From Candidatus Brocadiia bacterium (GTDB lineage Bacteria > Planctomycetota > Brocadiia > CAIUPP01), in assembly GCA_050015075.1 (NCBI GenBank), contig JBEKCB010000002.1, positions 160,001-224,000 of the forward strand: a DNA stretch of 64,000 nt. Direction: 5' to 3'. The notes under the pieces are model-generated. The model ran no database searches. It saw nothing but the letters and a program-made list of their open reading frames with translations, and had not been told where the DNA came from. Positions 30,015 to 40,284 of this stretch are shown here, one piece after another. Position numbers and translations under genes: made by a program. Every line of letters starts with the position of its first letter. The first letter of the stretch is position 1.

Positions 30015-31148
30015 TCATGTCTGGGGATTCGTCCGGCCTGCCGCCGTTTTCTCGACGATCCGGGGGAAATAGAGCCAGAGATGTCCCGAGTCGTCGTCCT
30101 CGCCGAAAACGATCTCCCCGTCGCGCCCGACGACGGCGTCGCCGAAGACGTAGCCGTACCGCCGGCGCTGGATCACTGAGACTGCGGCGCCGATATCGGT
30201 GACCTTGCCTGTGTCAGGGTCGTAACAGAACATTCTGGAAATCTCGTCGCCGCAGAAACCGAAAACGCGGCCGTCCAGAGTCACGGCCATGGGCCCGACG
30301 GGAGTTAACCCTGCGCGGCCCAGCGGGCCGGTGAACCGCCCTGCCTCGTCGAGGGCGAAGAGGTCCCCTTTTCCGTCGGCCGTGTAGAGCAGTCCCGGAC
30401 CGCGGCGCCTTGCCCATACCTTGGGCGCATGGGCCCAGTCGCCGTTGGAAAGCGCAATAGCCCGGCGATCGAGCTTCTTTGCAGCGGGGTCGAAGCGCCA
30501 CAGCGTATCGCCTTCATCGAAGCCCAGAATGCCGCCGCCGGCATCCACGGCCAACCGGCCCACGCCGCGGAGTTCGCCCAGGACCTCTACGGCGCCGGTC
30601 TCGATTTCCACCACAAGAAGATGCTTGAGAGTCGTTGCGAACGCCCGTCGGCCCGAAGGGTCGGTCACCGCGTGGACGATCCGCTCTCCGCCCGTCGGCA
30701 CGGCGTGATACTTAAGCGGCTTCCGCGTGAAACCCCATTCCTGGATCAGGCTGAAAGGCGCGCGCTCCAGTTCCCGGCTGACGATGCGGGCGCCGGCCGG
30801 CCCGTTGACGAAGGCAGCGAAACCCGCCGGCCCGCAGCCGACGGCGACGCACTGTTCCGCCCCATCCACGACGCCCATGTCGTACACCGCGCCCATGTCG
30901 GCGCGGAACATGCCGACGAACAGGTGGACGCGTTTTCCGCTTGTGCCGCCGTAGATGACGCCTTCGCGCGTCGCATCCAAGGCGGTGACCCTGCTCTCGT
31001 CCGCGATGATGGGAACGGTCACGCCCGGAAAACACATCGGGAAGGCGACCATCATCCCTTCGTTGATGAACGATCCGTGAACGATCTTGTCGTGGAGGGT
31101 TCTCACCTCCGGATCATGCCAGTCCAGCGGCTTCTTGACGGATTTCAA
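30015..31148 (-). CDS. uncharacterised beta-propeller protein
   Basis: GVIYGGT, DGRVFG, DGEIVFGE blades; TTG start after GGGAG. Confidence 0.65.
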   Translation of the reverse strand: MKSVKKPLDWHDPEVRTLHDKIVHGSFINEGMMVAFPMCFPGVTVPIIADESRVTALDATREGVIYGGTSGKRVHLFVGMFRADMGAVYDMGVVDGAEQCVAVGCGPAGFAAFVNGPAGARIVSRELERAPFSLIQEWGFTRKPLKYHAVPTGGERIVHAVTDPSGRRAFATTLKHLLVVEIETGAVEVLGELRGVGRLAVDAGGGILGFDEGDTLWRFDPAAKKLDRRAIALSNGDWAHAPKVWARRRGPGLLYTADGKGDLFALDEAGRFTGPLGRAGLTPVGPMAVTLDGRVFGFCGDEISRMFCYDPDTGKVTDIGAAVSVIQRRRYGYVFGDAVVGRDGEIVFGEDDDSGHLWLYFPRIVEKTAAGRTNPQT

Positions 31149-31161
31149 AGCGTTCTCCCTT

Positions 31162-32424
31162 CTATCCCCACATGCGGATGGGCAAATGGGCATTGGGTTT
31201 CTTCCGGTCCGCCGGCATCGCCACCCGGAAGATGCCGACCGGCCTCGGCCCGACGTGCGCAAAGAACAGGTCGCCGTTGTGGTCTATCGCGGCGCGCGAA
31301 ACGTACTGCGCCGCCTGGCCCGGGCGCTTCAGTTCAAAGACCTCCTCGCGCTCCAGCGTGGCGGGATTCAGCCGATAGACGATCCCCCACATGTTGACGC
31401 TGCCGTCGCCCGCCTCGCGGGGCGAGTCGTCCGTCTTGCCTTCGCGCCATCTCGACGCGCAGTAGTACAGATACCCGTCGCCGCCGAACACCAGCCCGCC
31501 GCAGTGGTCGAGGAAAGTGGACAAGGGCAGCGTCAGGTCGCGGCGCTGCGTCGTCGGGCCCAGGTCCTCCACGCGCCCCCATTCGCCCTCATTCGGCCAG
31601 ATGCGCATCAGCCTCGGGTTGGCGATCCACGTCGAGGCATAAACACATTCCCCATCCGGCGACGGCGCGACATCGTAGAGCACGCTGTGCCAGCCGGTCT
31701 GGTAAGTCGGGTCGTGCGGCAGGATGTACGGCGAAGTCTCCAGCCGGTCTTTATCCGGATCGTAGCGCACGATCCGGCCGTCGTCATTCGACGTCAAAAC
31801 GCGATGGCGCTTGTCCAGGAAGAGCGCCTGCGCGTTGACGGAGCCGATGCGGCCCACGTCGCGAGTCTTGCGCTTGGCGATGTCATAGATGAAAAAATGG
31901 TCGCGAGGATAGCTCAGCGAATAGAGAAGCCCGCGCTCTTCGTCGTGCAGCAGGCAGCGGCAGCCTTCCTTGGGGATCATCGTATCCCACCAGAGCACCT
32001 GGTCGGTGCGCGTGTCGAAGGCCAGCAGCGCGCTGCCGCGGAAGCAGCGCTCCTTGTCGTGCCACATTCCCCACGGCGAGTAGGCCGGCAGGTCAATGGG
32101 CGGTCCGGAAAGGTGCGTCGCCATATAGAGAACGCCGTCGTGCATCGAGGGGACAAAGCTGTAATGGATCTTGCACTGCGTCGCGCGGCCGGAGTCGGCG
32201 GGATCGTCCACCATCCGGTCGAGAGGAAAGAGATAATCCAGCGCGTCCGTCTTCTCATTATAGCGCACGAGCTTGACCGACTTGCCGGGCGACCCTTCGG
32301 CGCAGGCCGCGGCGTAGATGCGGCCGTCGGGGCCGACCGACAGCGACCAGCAGGAATCCGATTCCGGATGCTCGGTGAATTGGTACCACGAGACAGGATA
32401 CGCCGAAGAAGGTGTGTCTGTCAT
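31162..32424 (-). CDS. uncharacterised beta-propeller protein (homologue of 16372..17697)
   Basis: SDSCWSL..GPDGRIY, QCKIH, LYSLSYPRDHFFIYD. Confidence 0.7.
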   Translation of the reverse strand: MTDTPSSAYPVSWYQFTEHPESDSCWSLSVGPDGRIYAAACAEGSPGKSVKLVRYNEKTDALDYLFPLDRMVDDPADSGRATQCKIHYSFVPSMHDGVLYMATHLSGPPIDLPAYSPWGMWHDKERCFRGSALLAFDTRTDQVLWWDTMIPKEGCRCLLHDEERGLLYSLSYPRDHFFIYDIAKRKTRDVGRIGSVNAQALFLDKRHRVLTSNDDGRIVRYDPDKDRLETSPYILPHDPTYQTGWHSVLYDVAPSPDGECVYASTWIANPRLMRIWPNEGEWGRVEDLGPTTQRRDLTLPLSTFLDHCGGLVFGGDGYLYYCASRWREGKTDDSPREAGDGSVNMWGIVYRLNPATLEREEVFELKRPGQAAQYVSRAAIDHNGDLFFAHVGPRPVGIFRVAMPADRKKPNAHLPIRMWG

Positions 32425-34199
32425 GACTTGTTCTCTCCTACCTTGTGCCTGGTCATTACACGCTTGAGCATGAGGGCCTTGGACTCCTCCAGAGGACGGC
32501 TTTCCGCGATCTCCTTGATCTGTGCCGCTTCGACATCCTCACAAAACCGGTCAATCCGCTCTTCCAAACCCGCGGCGTCGGCGGGAGCAATGCACAATCT
32601 GACGTAACGGATGGGCAACCGGGCGGTCCGAACTCTCTTCAACACTTCTTCATTGTCCGCAACCATTTCAGCCTTGTTGAACAATTCGTCAGCTTCATTC
32701 AGCATGTTTTCGTTCAGATAGGCGCTCGTGGGGGGATCATAGATGCTCATGTGCCTATTAGCCGCCTTGACCTGCTTGTGAATGAGATCATAGTACTGGC
32801 GCATAGTCGCCGCCGCCATTCCATAGTAGGCCGTCATGAACTCATTCACCGCGAGATCAACGTCATAATCGGGGTTCCACAGCAATTTGGCGAGAACATA
32901 CTGGCGCATCTGATCGAACTCGCTGCTCTCGCCCTTGGCTGAATTGTTGCCCTCTTCGAATATGCCTTTGACATGATGCCTGACAAAATACCGGATGTTG
33001 GCCTGCAATACTTTGAAGTTCGGAAAAGGTTGAACATAATGTTGAAAGTTAGTTACGTAGTCCCAGACGTACAACCTGCCGCATACCTTGGACCAGGCTT
33101 CCAGGTCGTCCGAAAAACCGCCTTTGACCCAAGTGCGGGACCTGTCGAGGCCATGGAAACTTACTTCGTTATGGCATTTTTTCAAGGGATGGGAGAAACA
33201 GCACTCAATGCTGCACAGCCTGAGAATGACGTTCTTCCGAGGTCTGACATGCTTGGGAGGCTTCCTGGTATATTGGTATGCCAGAGTATCCACAGCCACA
33301 TTGGGATATTCCCGCTCAAGCGCCTCGGCGATTTCATTGACGAAGCGGATCAGCGTCCCGCTGTGTGAACCTTCATACTCATCAATGGCCTTGCACTTCT
33401 CGCATTGGCACGGATTCCTCCAGTCGTTCTGCGACACCGACACGATGGAAGCCTTTGGTTCCTCCTTCAGCCATCGTTGGATGCTGCTGATGGAAATCCT
33501 CAATACATCGGGATTGGTCAGGCAGAGCTGCGTCCTCTCGGAGATCCGGCGGCCGTCCACTTCCGAAAAATACTCCGGGTGCGAATCAAAGTATTTTGCC
33601 ACGGGAACCAGCGAGTCAAAGGTATGCACGAAATGGCTGTAGACCACCTTACAGCCGTGGATATCCTCTAAGTTCGCGAAATGGGAGTTCGACTTGTTTC
33701 GCGCATGCCACTCTCCATCTCTGGAGCCGGCGAAATAAGGATCCCTGTATTCAAGCGCGGGAATCTGTTCGTCATGGATCTCGCCGATCTCTATCCGGTC
33801 TCTCTTAGGTATCCGGGAGACTTTTCTGTAGAACCACCTGCAGCCCAGGTAATCCTCCAGGAAAGTATAAACGCCGTACAATGTGCCGCGCGGCTTGCCG
33901 CCGGCTACGACAAGAGAGCCGCCCGCGGTTTGTATGCAGAAGCCTTCGCTCCCCAATTTAGCATAATCGAGCTGAACGCCGGTCCTGGAGCAATGCTTGT
34001 TGTCGCCCACGATGATTTCGTTGCGGCCATACGGAGCATCGTCCTCGACGATCGGGAAATGCGCCCCGCTGATCTCGCGCAGAAAATGCTGGAGCTCTTT
34101 CGCCGCATGACGTTCCGGCGCGATTGCATCTGCCCCGACAACAATCTTCCAGTCGCTCTTTCCATTGCCGGCCAGCACATACTGGGAACTCGCGCGCAT
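32421..34199 (-). CDS. DUF4838-like putative glycoside hydrolase
   Basis: AAKELQHFLREISG, RGTLYGVYTFLEDYLGCRW, HPEYFS, QLCLTNP, ND..CQCEKC, LAYQYT; no signal peptide. Confidence 0.75.
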   Translation of the reverse strand: MRASSQYVLAGNGKSDWKIVVGADAIAPERHAAKELQHFLREISGAHFPIVEDDAPYGRNEIIVGDNKHCSRTGVQLDYAKLGSEGFCIQTAGGSLVVAGGKPRGTLYGVYTFLEDYLGCRWFYRKVSRIPKRDRIEIGEIHDEQIPALEYRDPYFAGSRDGEWHARNKSNSHFANLEDIHGCKVVYSHFVHTFDSLVPVAKYFDSHPEYFSEVDGRRISERTQLCLTNPDVLRISISSIQRWLKEEPKASIVSVSQNDWRNPCQCEKCKAIDEYEGSHSGTLIRFVNEIAEALEREYPNVAVDTLAYQYTRKPPKHVRPRKNVILRLCSIECCFSHPLKKCHNEVSFHGLDRSRTWVKGGFSDDLEAWSKVCGRLYVWDYVTNFQHYVQPFPNFKVLQANIRYFVRHHVKGIFEEGNNSAKGESSEFDQMRQYVLAKLLWNPDYDVDLAVNEFMTAYYGMAAATMRQYYDLIHKQVKAANRHMSIYDPPTSAYLNENMLNEADELFNKAEMVADNEEVLKRVRTARLPIRYVRLCIAPADAAGLEERIDRFCEDVEAAQIKEIAESRPLEESKALMLKRVMTRHKVGENKS

Positions 34200-34260
34200 T
34201 TGAGTAGTATTCCCTCAAGGCGTTCCAAGCGAGGCGCCATACGACGCCGGGGCGTGAAGC

Positions 34261-34294
34261 GTCACATTCTGACAGCGAAGGTCACGGCTGTCAA
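34261..34294 (-). promoter_or_regulatory. promoter TTGACA-N17-CAGAAT overlapped by palindrome GTCAGAATGTGAC
   Basis: upstream of the DUF4838-like operon. Confidence 0.6.
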
Positions 34295-34334
34295 GCAACT
34301 CCTCGGCAATCCGCCCGTCTTAAGGAGATTCCGC

Positions 34335-34362
34335 TTGACATTCCGCAGGAGGGATATAGAAT
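34335..34362 (+). promoter_or_regulatory. sigma70-type promoter TTGACA-N16-TAGAAT
   Basis: about 230 nt upstream of the 34594 start. Confidence 0.6.
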
Positions 34363-34593
34363 AGCAACGTGCTGCCGCAGCGTGTCGTAACGCGCCCGGT
34401 GTCTTGGCTTTGTCTGTGTTGCTCCGCTGACCACGGGCCCCTCTCGACGGCATTGCGCGCGAAGCCCCTGTCGCGCTTTTGAGCCGGCGCACGGTCTGCC
34501 GCCGGCGACCACGCCGGAAGATGCCGCTGAGACGATGCGTCTGTACTGTGAATACGAGGAAGCGGTAATGAGATTGAATGAGGGTTCCCAGCG

Positions 34594-36615
34594 GTGACAT
34601 GGCGCGCGGTTCTGGCCGGGATTCTGGCGGGCGCGTTCGTCTGCGCGTTCTGCTATTTCAACGACGCAGTGATGCACCAGACGATGTTCGTCGGCAGCAT
34701 TATGCCGATTTCAGTGTACGGGGGCCTGATCCTTTTCGTTCTCCTGATCAACCCGCTTCTGGGACGACGGGCATTCTCTGCCGGCGAGCTGACGGTGGCG
34801 CTGGCGATGACGCTGGTGATGTGCGGCATTCCCGGCGCGGGGTTGCTGCGGTCGGGCACGGCGGCGATGATGATGCCGTGGCATTGGGAGCGAAGCAACC
34901 CGGGTTGGCGGGCGGAGGGAATTGTCGAGACGGCGCCCCGGCAGATGCTGGCCTCGCCGGGGGACCAGGACGATGCGGTCAACGGTTTTGTGCGGGGGCT
35001 CGGCAACGGGCGCGGGACTCCCAGCCTGCGCGCGGTGCCCTGGCGGGACTGGACCCGGACGCTGGCCTTCTGGCTTCCGCTGGCTCTGCTGTTATGGGTC
35101 GGGCTGATCGGACTGGCGCTGGTGGTCCATCGCCAATGGTCGGAGCACGAGCACCTGCGCTATCCCCTGGCGACGTTCTCGAATGCGTTGCTGCCGGAGC
35201 CGGGGAAGCGATGGGCCGCCGTTTTCAGCGACCGCCTGTTCTGGATCGGGGCGGGACTCGTGTTCCTGGTCCATTTCAACAACTACCTCGCGGTATGGTT
35301 CCCGCAGTTTCTCGTGACGGTCCCCACCAAAATTGATCTGACCTCGCTCCTGCAACTGTCCCCCACCTACGCGGAAGGCGGCGGGTGGCCGCTGTTGCAG
35401 CCGCAACTGTATTTTTCAGTCCTGGCTTTCGCGTACTTCCTGGCCTCGGACGTGTCCTTGGCGATGGGGATCGGACCGTTCCTCAATCCGTTCCTGGTCG
35501 GCGCGCTGGCGAGCTACGGGCTTTCGCTCCAGTGGAGCGGGGTGAGCACGCCGAACGTGCAGAGCTTCATGAATTTCGGCGCCTATTTCGGCCTGCTGCT
35601 GGTGATCCTGTACACCGGGCGGCATTACTACAGCCAGGTATTTCGGCGGGCGGTCCTGATTCCGACGCCGGAGGCGCAGGCGTCGGAGACGGTCTGGGGC
35701 GCGCGCGTGTTCCTGCTCTGCGCCGGCCTCTTCACCGTCAGCCTCATTGCCGTGGGCCTGGACTGGCCGCTGGCGGTGCTGTACACGGGGTTAATCTTCG
35801 CGCTCTTCCTCGTCGTCGGCCGGCTCGTCGCGGAGACGGGGGCGTTTCTGGTCCAGGCGTACTGGTATCCCGGCGTCATCGTCTGGGGTTTCTTCGGCGC
35901 GAGGGCGCTGGGGGTGAAGAGCGTACTGATCATGCTGCTCTTGTCTTCGGTCCTAATCATCGATCCGCGCGAGGCCATGATGCCGTTCGTGGTGAATGCC
36001 TTGAAGCTGCTCGACCTGCGGCGCCAGAGAATGGGGCGGACGGCCGCGTGGTGCGGCATAGCGCTTCTGGTGGGGCTGGCGGTGGCGGTGCCGGCGACTT
36101 TGGCATTCCAATACGACCGGGGTGTTGATCGCGACGACGCGTTCGCGATGGTGGTGGCGTCGCAGAGACCGTTCGACAAGGCCATCGAAGTTAAGGAGCG
36201 ACTGGTCGGGCAAGGCAATTTGGCGGTGGCCGAGGCGACGAGCGGTTGGAGCCGGTTCGCCGAGATATCGCCCAAGGTGCCCTGCCTGATCGGGTTTGCG
36301 GGCGGCCTGACGGCGGTGCTCGCGTTTGCGGCGCTTCGGCTGCGCTGGGCAAAATGGCCGCTGCACCCGGTGTTGTTCCTGGTCTGGAGCACATGGGCCG
36401 GGCGGGACATGTCGGCCTCGTTCCTGGGCGGATGGATGATCAAGCTCTTGGTGACGCGGTACGGCGGAGCGTCATGGTATCAGCGGCTCAAGCCGCTGAT
36501 GTTCGGGCTGATTGCCGGGGAGCTGCTCGGCGGACTCGTGCCGATGGGGATCGGATTCATCTACTGGCTGAAGACCGGACTACCCCCCAAGGTATTCAAT
36601 ATTTTGCCGAACTAG
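34594..36615 (+). CDS. OPT-like polytopic membrane protein (DUF6785/6784-like), paralog 1
   Basis: 673 aa, many TMs; RQWSEHEHLRYPL, RLVAETG, WPLHPV, GLIAGE. Confidence 0.8.
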   Translation: MTWRAVLAGILAGAFVCAFCYFNDAVMHQTMFVGSIMPISVYGGLILFVLLINPLLGRRAFSAGELTVALAMTLVMCGIPGAGLLRSGTAAMMMPWHWERSNPGWRAEGIVETAPRQMLASPGDQDDAVNGFVRGLGNGRGTPSLRAVPWRDWTRTLAFWLPLALLLWVGLIGLALVVHRQWSEHEHLRYPLATFSNALLPEPGKRWAAVFSDRLFWIGAGLVFLVHFNNYLAVWFPQFLVTVPTKIDLTSLLQLSPTYAEGGGWPLLQPQLYFSVLAFAYFLASDVSLAMGIGPFLNPFLVGALASYGLSLQWSGVSTPNVQSFMNFGAYFGLLLVILYTGRHYYSQVFRRAVLIPTPEAQASETVWGARVFLLCAGLFTVSLIAVGLDWPLAVLYTGLIFALFLVVGRLVAETGAFLVQAYWYPGVIVWGFFGARALGVKSVLIMLLLSSVLIIDPREAMMPFVVNALKLLDLRRQRMGRTAAWCGIALLVGLAVAVPATLAFQYDRGVDRDDAFAMVVASQRPFDKAIEVKERLVGQGNLAVAEATSGWSRFAEISPKVPCLIGFAGGLTAVLAFAALRLRWAKWPLHPVLFLVWSTWAGRDMSASFLGGWMIKLLVTRYGGASWYQRLKPLMFGLIAGELLGGLVPMGIGFIYWLKTGLPPKVFNILPN

Positions 36616-36671
36616 CCGGCGTTGATGAATGAGATTGAGACCCGAGACCGTCTGAATAGGAATTCCCAGCC

Positions 36672-38693
36672 GTGACATGGCGCGCGGTACTGGCCGGGCT
36701 GGCGGGCGGCGCGTTCGTCTGCTCGTTCAGCTACTTCAACGACGCGGTCATGCACCAGACGATGTTGATCGGCAGCAACATGCCGATCTCGGTGTACGGC
36801 GGCCTGATCCTTTTCGTTTTGATCCTCAACCCGCTTCTGAAGCGCTGGGCATTTTCGGCCGCCGAGCTGGCGGTGTCGCTGGCGCTGGTGACGGTGATGT
36901 GCTGCATTCCCAGCGCGGGGTTGATGGAGACGTTCACGGCGACGCTGATGATGCCGTGGCACTGGGAGCGAAGCACGCCGGGTTGGCGGGCGGAGGGCAT
37001 TGTCGAGACGGCCCCTCGCCGGATGCTGGCCTCGCCGGGAGATCGAGAGGACGCGCTGAACGGTTTTGTGCGGGGCATCGGCAACGGGCGCGGCCTTCCC
37101 AATCCGCGCGAGGTGCCCTGGCGGGCATGGCGCGCAACGCTGGTCTTCTGGCTTCCGGTGATTCTGCTGCTGTGGATCGGGCTGATCGGACTGGCGCTGG
37201 CCGTGCATCGCCAATGGTCGGAGCATGAGCATCTCCGCTATCCGCTGGCGACGTTCTCGAACGCGCTCCTGCCGGAGGCGGGAAAGCGATGGGGCACCGT
37301 ATTCGGAGACCGCCTGTTCTGGATCGGGGCGGCGGTTGTGTTTCTGATCCACTTCAACAACTACCTCGCGACCTGGTTCCCGGAGTATCTCGTGACGGTC
37401 CCGACCAAGGTGGACTTGTCGTCCCTGGCGACGCTGTTTCCGACCTTCGCCGCAGGCAACGGCGGCGAAATGTTGCACCCAACCCTGTTTTTTTCGGTCC
37501 TGGCCTTCGCGTACTTCCTGGCCTCGGACGTGTCATTGGCGATGGGGATCGGACCGTTCCTCTATCCGGTGTTGGTCGGGGCGCTGGCCGGCTACGGGCT
37601 TTCGCTCACCGGCGGCGGAATGTCCGCCCCGAACGCGCAAAGCTTCATGAATTTCGGAGCTTATTTCGGCCTGCTGCTGGCGATCCTGTACACCGGGCGG
37701 CATTACTATAGCCGGGTATTTCGGCAGGCGGTCATGATCCCGACGGCGGAAGCGCAGCCGACGGAGGCGGTCTGGGGCGCGCGCGTGTTTCTGATTTGCG
37801 CCGGCCTCTTCACCGTCAATCTCGTCTGCGTGGGTCTGGACTGGCAACTGGCGATCCTGTACACCGGGTTGATCTTCATGCTCTACCTGCTCGTCGCCCG
37901 CCTCATCGCGGAGACGGGAGCGTTCATGGTCCAGCCGTATTGGTTCCCCTGCGTCACGCTCTGGGGAATCTTCGGCGCGAGGGCGCTGGGAGCGAAGACC
38001 GTGCTGATCATGCTGCTGCTCTCGGCGGTCCTGGCCGTTGACCCGCGCGAGGCGCTGATGCCGTTCCTGGTCAACGCCTTCAAGCTGCTCGACCTGCGGC
38101 GGCAGAGAATCGGCCGGCCGGCCGCGTGGTGCGGTGTGGCCCTTTTGATCGGGCTGGCGGTGGCGGTGCCGGTGACTTTGGCGTTCCAGTACGACCGGGG
38201 CATTGATCATGACGACTGGTGGGCGACGGAGATCGTGCCGCAGAGACCGTTCGACAAGGCCGTCGAAGTTCGGGAGCGGCTGACGGCGCAAGGCGCGCTG
38301 GCGGCGGCCGAGGCGACGACCGGATGGCGGCGCTTCGCGGAGATGTCGCCCAAGGCGCCCTGCCTGATCGGGTTCGGGAGCGGCCTGGCGGTTGTGCTCG
38401 CGTTTGCGGCGCTCCGCCTGCGCTGGCCGAAATGGCCGCTGCACCCGGTGCTGTTCCTGGTTTGGGGCACGTATGCCGGGCAGCAGTTCGGCGCCTCGTT
38501 CCTCGGCGGATGGGGCGTTAAGCTCCTGGTGACTCGGTACGGCGGAGCCTTGTGGTATCAGCGGCTCAAGCCGCTCATGTTCGGGCTGATCGCCGGCGAG
38601 ATGCTCGGAGGGCTCGCGCCGATGGCGATTGGATTCGTCTACTGGCTGTCCACGGGACTGCCGCCGAAGAGTTTCTACATTCTTCCGGGCTAG
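36672..38693 (+). CDS. OPT-like polytopic membrane protein (DUF6785/6784-like), paralog 2
   Basis: collinear 673-aa tandem paralog of the preceding gene. Confidence 0.8.
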   Translation: MTWRAVLAGLAGGAFVCSFSYFNDAVMHQTMLIGSNMPISVYGGLILFVLILNPLLKRWAFSAAELAVSLALVTVMCCIPSAGLMETFTATLMMPWHWERSTPGWRAEGIVETAPRRMLASPGDREDALNGFVRGIGNGRGLPNPREVPWRAWRATLVFWLPVILLLWIGLIGLALAVHRQWSEHEHLRYPLATFSNALLPEAGKRWGTVFGDRLFWIGAAVVFLIHFNNYLATWFPEYLVTVPTKVDLSSLATLFPTFAAGNGGEMLHPTLFFSVLAFAYFLASDVSLAMGIGPFLYPVLVGALAGYGLSLTGGGMSAPNAQSFMNFGAYFGLLLAILYTGRHYYSRVFRQAVMIPTAEAQPTEAVWGARVFLICAGLFTVNLVCVGLDWQLAILYTGLIFMLYLLVARLIAETGAFMVQPYWFPCVTLWGIFGARALGAKTVLIMLLLSAVLAVDPREALMPFLVNAFKLLDLRRQRIGRPAAWCGVALLIGLAVAVPVTLAFQYDRGIDHDDWWATEIVPQRPFDKAVEVRERLTAQGALAAAEATTGWRRFAEMSPKAPCLIGFGSGLAVVLAFAALRLRWPKWPLHPVLFLVWGTYAGQQFGASFLGGWGVKLLVTRYGGALWYQRLKPLMFGLIAGEMLGGLAPMAIGFVYWLSTGLPPKSFYILPG

Positions 38694-38781
38694 CCGGCGT
38701 TGCGGACGAGGAATGTTTCATGAATCTTGGCGCGCATTTCGGTATGCTATGGGTGATCCTGCTTCCGCCCTGGGTGTGTTG

Positions 38782-40248
38782 ATGAAAAAGATCGAGATCA
38801 GAGATCAGCCGTCGCTGGGGGTCGGGAAGACCTTGTCCCTGACGCTTACCGGCATCCGCTATCGTCTTTTCCGGTCGCTGGTGACCGTCGGCGTTGTGGC
38901 GGTGGCGATGGCGTTCCTGATGAACGTGCTGAGCGAGAGTCTCGTCCGGGGCGCGGTGCTCCGGGCCACGACGCTGCGCGCGGCTCAGTTGCACCAGGCC
39001 TACGTGTGGGTCACGAAGCTCTCCGACCCCGGCGTGCTGGATTCCATTCTGACCGCGATGGCGGCCCCGCGCCCCGAGGCGGTTGACGAGGCCGTCTCCA
39101 TGGCGAAGCTGCCGCCGGAAGACGGGGTCTTTCTGGAGAGCCGGTGCCGGCAGGCGGCCGAATACCTGCGCTTCTTTGCGGCGCTCGATTACGGCGCGCG
39201 ACGGCAGCTCACCGGCAAGGCGGAGGGTACGGCCATTTTCGACGGTCTCCAATCGCCGGCGGCACAGGCCGATTTCTTCGGCAAGGCAAAAGAGATTCGG
39301 TCGCTCCGGCTTCCAGGCGGCGCCGACACGTTCCAGAAGTTCCTGCGCGAGTGGCCGGGAGTGAAGGAAAAACTGGAGCGCATCCGCGCGGCGCGAGCGG
39401 CGGCGATCGCGCAGCTTCAAGGCTCGCTGCGCGGTCGTACGGTCATGGAAGCGCTTGCCGAGGCCGACGGCGCGTTCGGCGCGGCGATCCGGGCGGCCGG
39501 GTTCCGTTTCCCGGAAGATGTGGCGCGCACCGTCGCCGAGCAGGCGCGCCAGGCGTGCGACGGCCAGTTCCTGGAAGCGGGGCTTCTCCGACCCGCCGTG
39601 CGGCAGGCCGTCGCCGGCCGGCTGGACCTCACATTGAACGAGGTCAACCCGCAGGTCCTCTGGACGTTCCTGAGGAGCCGCGAGAGCGCCGCATGGTACC
39701 TGGACCGGCTCAAGGAAGCCGACATTCCCGTGGCCGGCCTGACGCCCGAGCGCCTGATGGCGCTGGCGCGCGTCCAGACGGAGGAGGCGACGCTCGCGCA
39801 ACTCGTGCCGCTTCAGGCCGACGTCGAAGCGGGCGAGACCGGAATCCAGGAACGGATGCTCTGGCTGATCCTGGTCTCGATGGTCGTCTGCGCGGTGGGG
39901 ATCGCCAACGCCATGCTCATGTCCGTCACGGAGCGTTTCCGGGAAATTGCGACGTTGAAATGTCTCGGCGCGCTGGACCGGACCATCATGGGCATGTGCG
40001 TCATCGAAGCGACGATCCTCGGCGTGACGGGCGGCGCGGCCGGCGCCCTGGCCGGGACACTGCTCGGGTTGAGCCGGATGAGCGCCGCGTTCGGCGGCAT
40101 TGCGCTGAGCACGATGCCGATCGGCGCGTTGTGCCTGGCCATGGCCGGTTCGATCCTGGTCGGAATCGCCCTGGCCGCGGTGGCGGCATTGTACCCCTCG
40201 TTCAAAGCCGCGCGGCTGGCGCCGATGGAAGCGATGCGGGTAGAATGA
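38782..40248 (+). CDS. FtsX/MacB-type ABC permease with large extracytoplasmic domain
   Basis: RSLVT + TM1; GIANAMLMSVTERFREIATLKCLGA; ALYPSFKAARLAPMEAMRVE. Confidence 0.88.
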   Translation: MKKIEIRDQPSLGVGKTLSLTLTGIRYRLFRSLVTVGVVAVAMAFLMNVLSESLVRGAVLRATTLRAAQLHQAYVWVTKLSDPGVLDSILTAMAAPRPEAVDEAVSMAKLPPEDGVFLESRCRQAAEYLRFFAALDYGARRQLTGKAEGTAIFDGLQSPAAQADFFGKAKEIRSLRLPGGADTFQKFLREWPGVKEKLERIRAARAAAIAQLQGSLRGRTVMEALAEADGAFGAAIRAAGFRFPEDVARTVAEQARQACDGQFLEAGLLRPAVRQAVAGRLDLTLNEVNPQVLWTFLRSRESAAWYLDRLKEADIPVAGLTPERLMALARVQTEEATLAQLVPLQADVEAGETGIQERMLWLILVSMVVCAVGIANAMLMSVTERFREIATLKCLGALDRTIMGMCVIEATILGVTGGAAGALAGTLLGLSRMSAAFGGIALSTMPIGALCLAMAGSILVGIALAAVAALYPSFKAARLAPMEAMRVE

Positions 40249-40284
40249 CGGGAACGCGGACTGTAGAGTGAGCAACCACAAATT

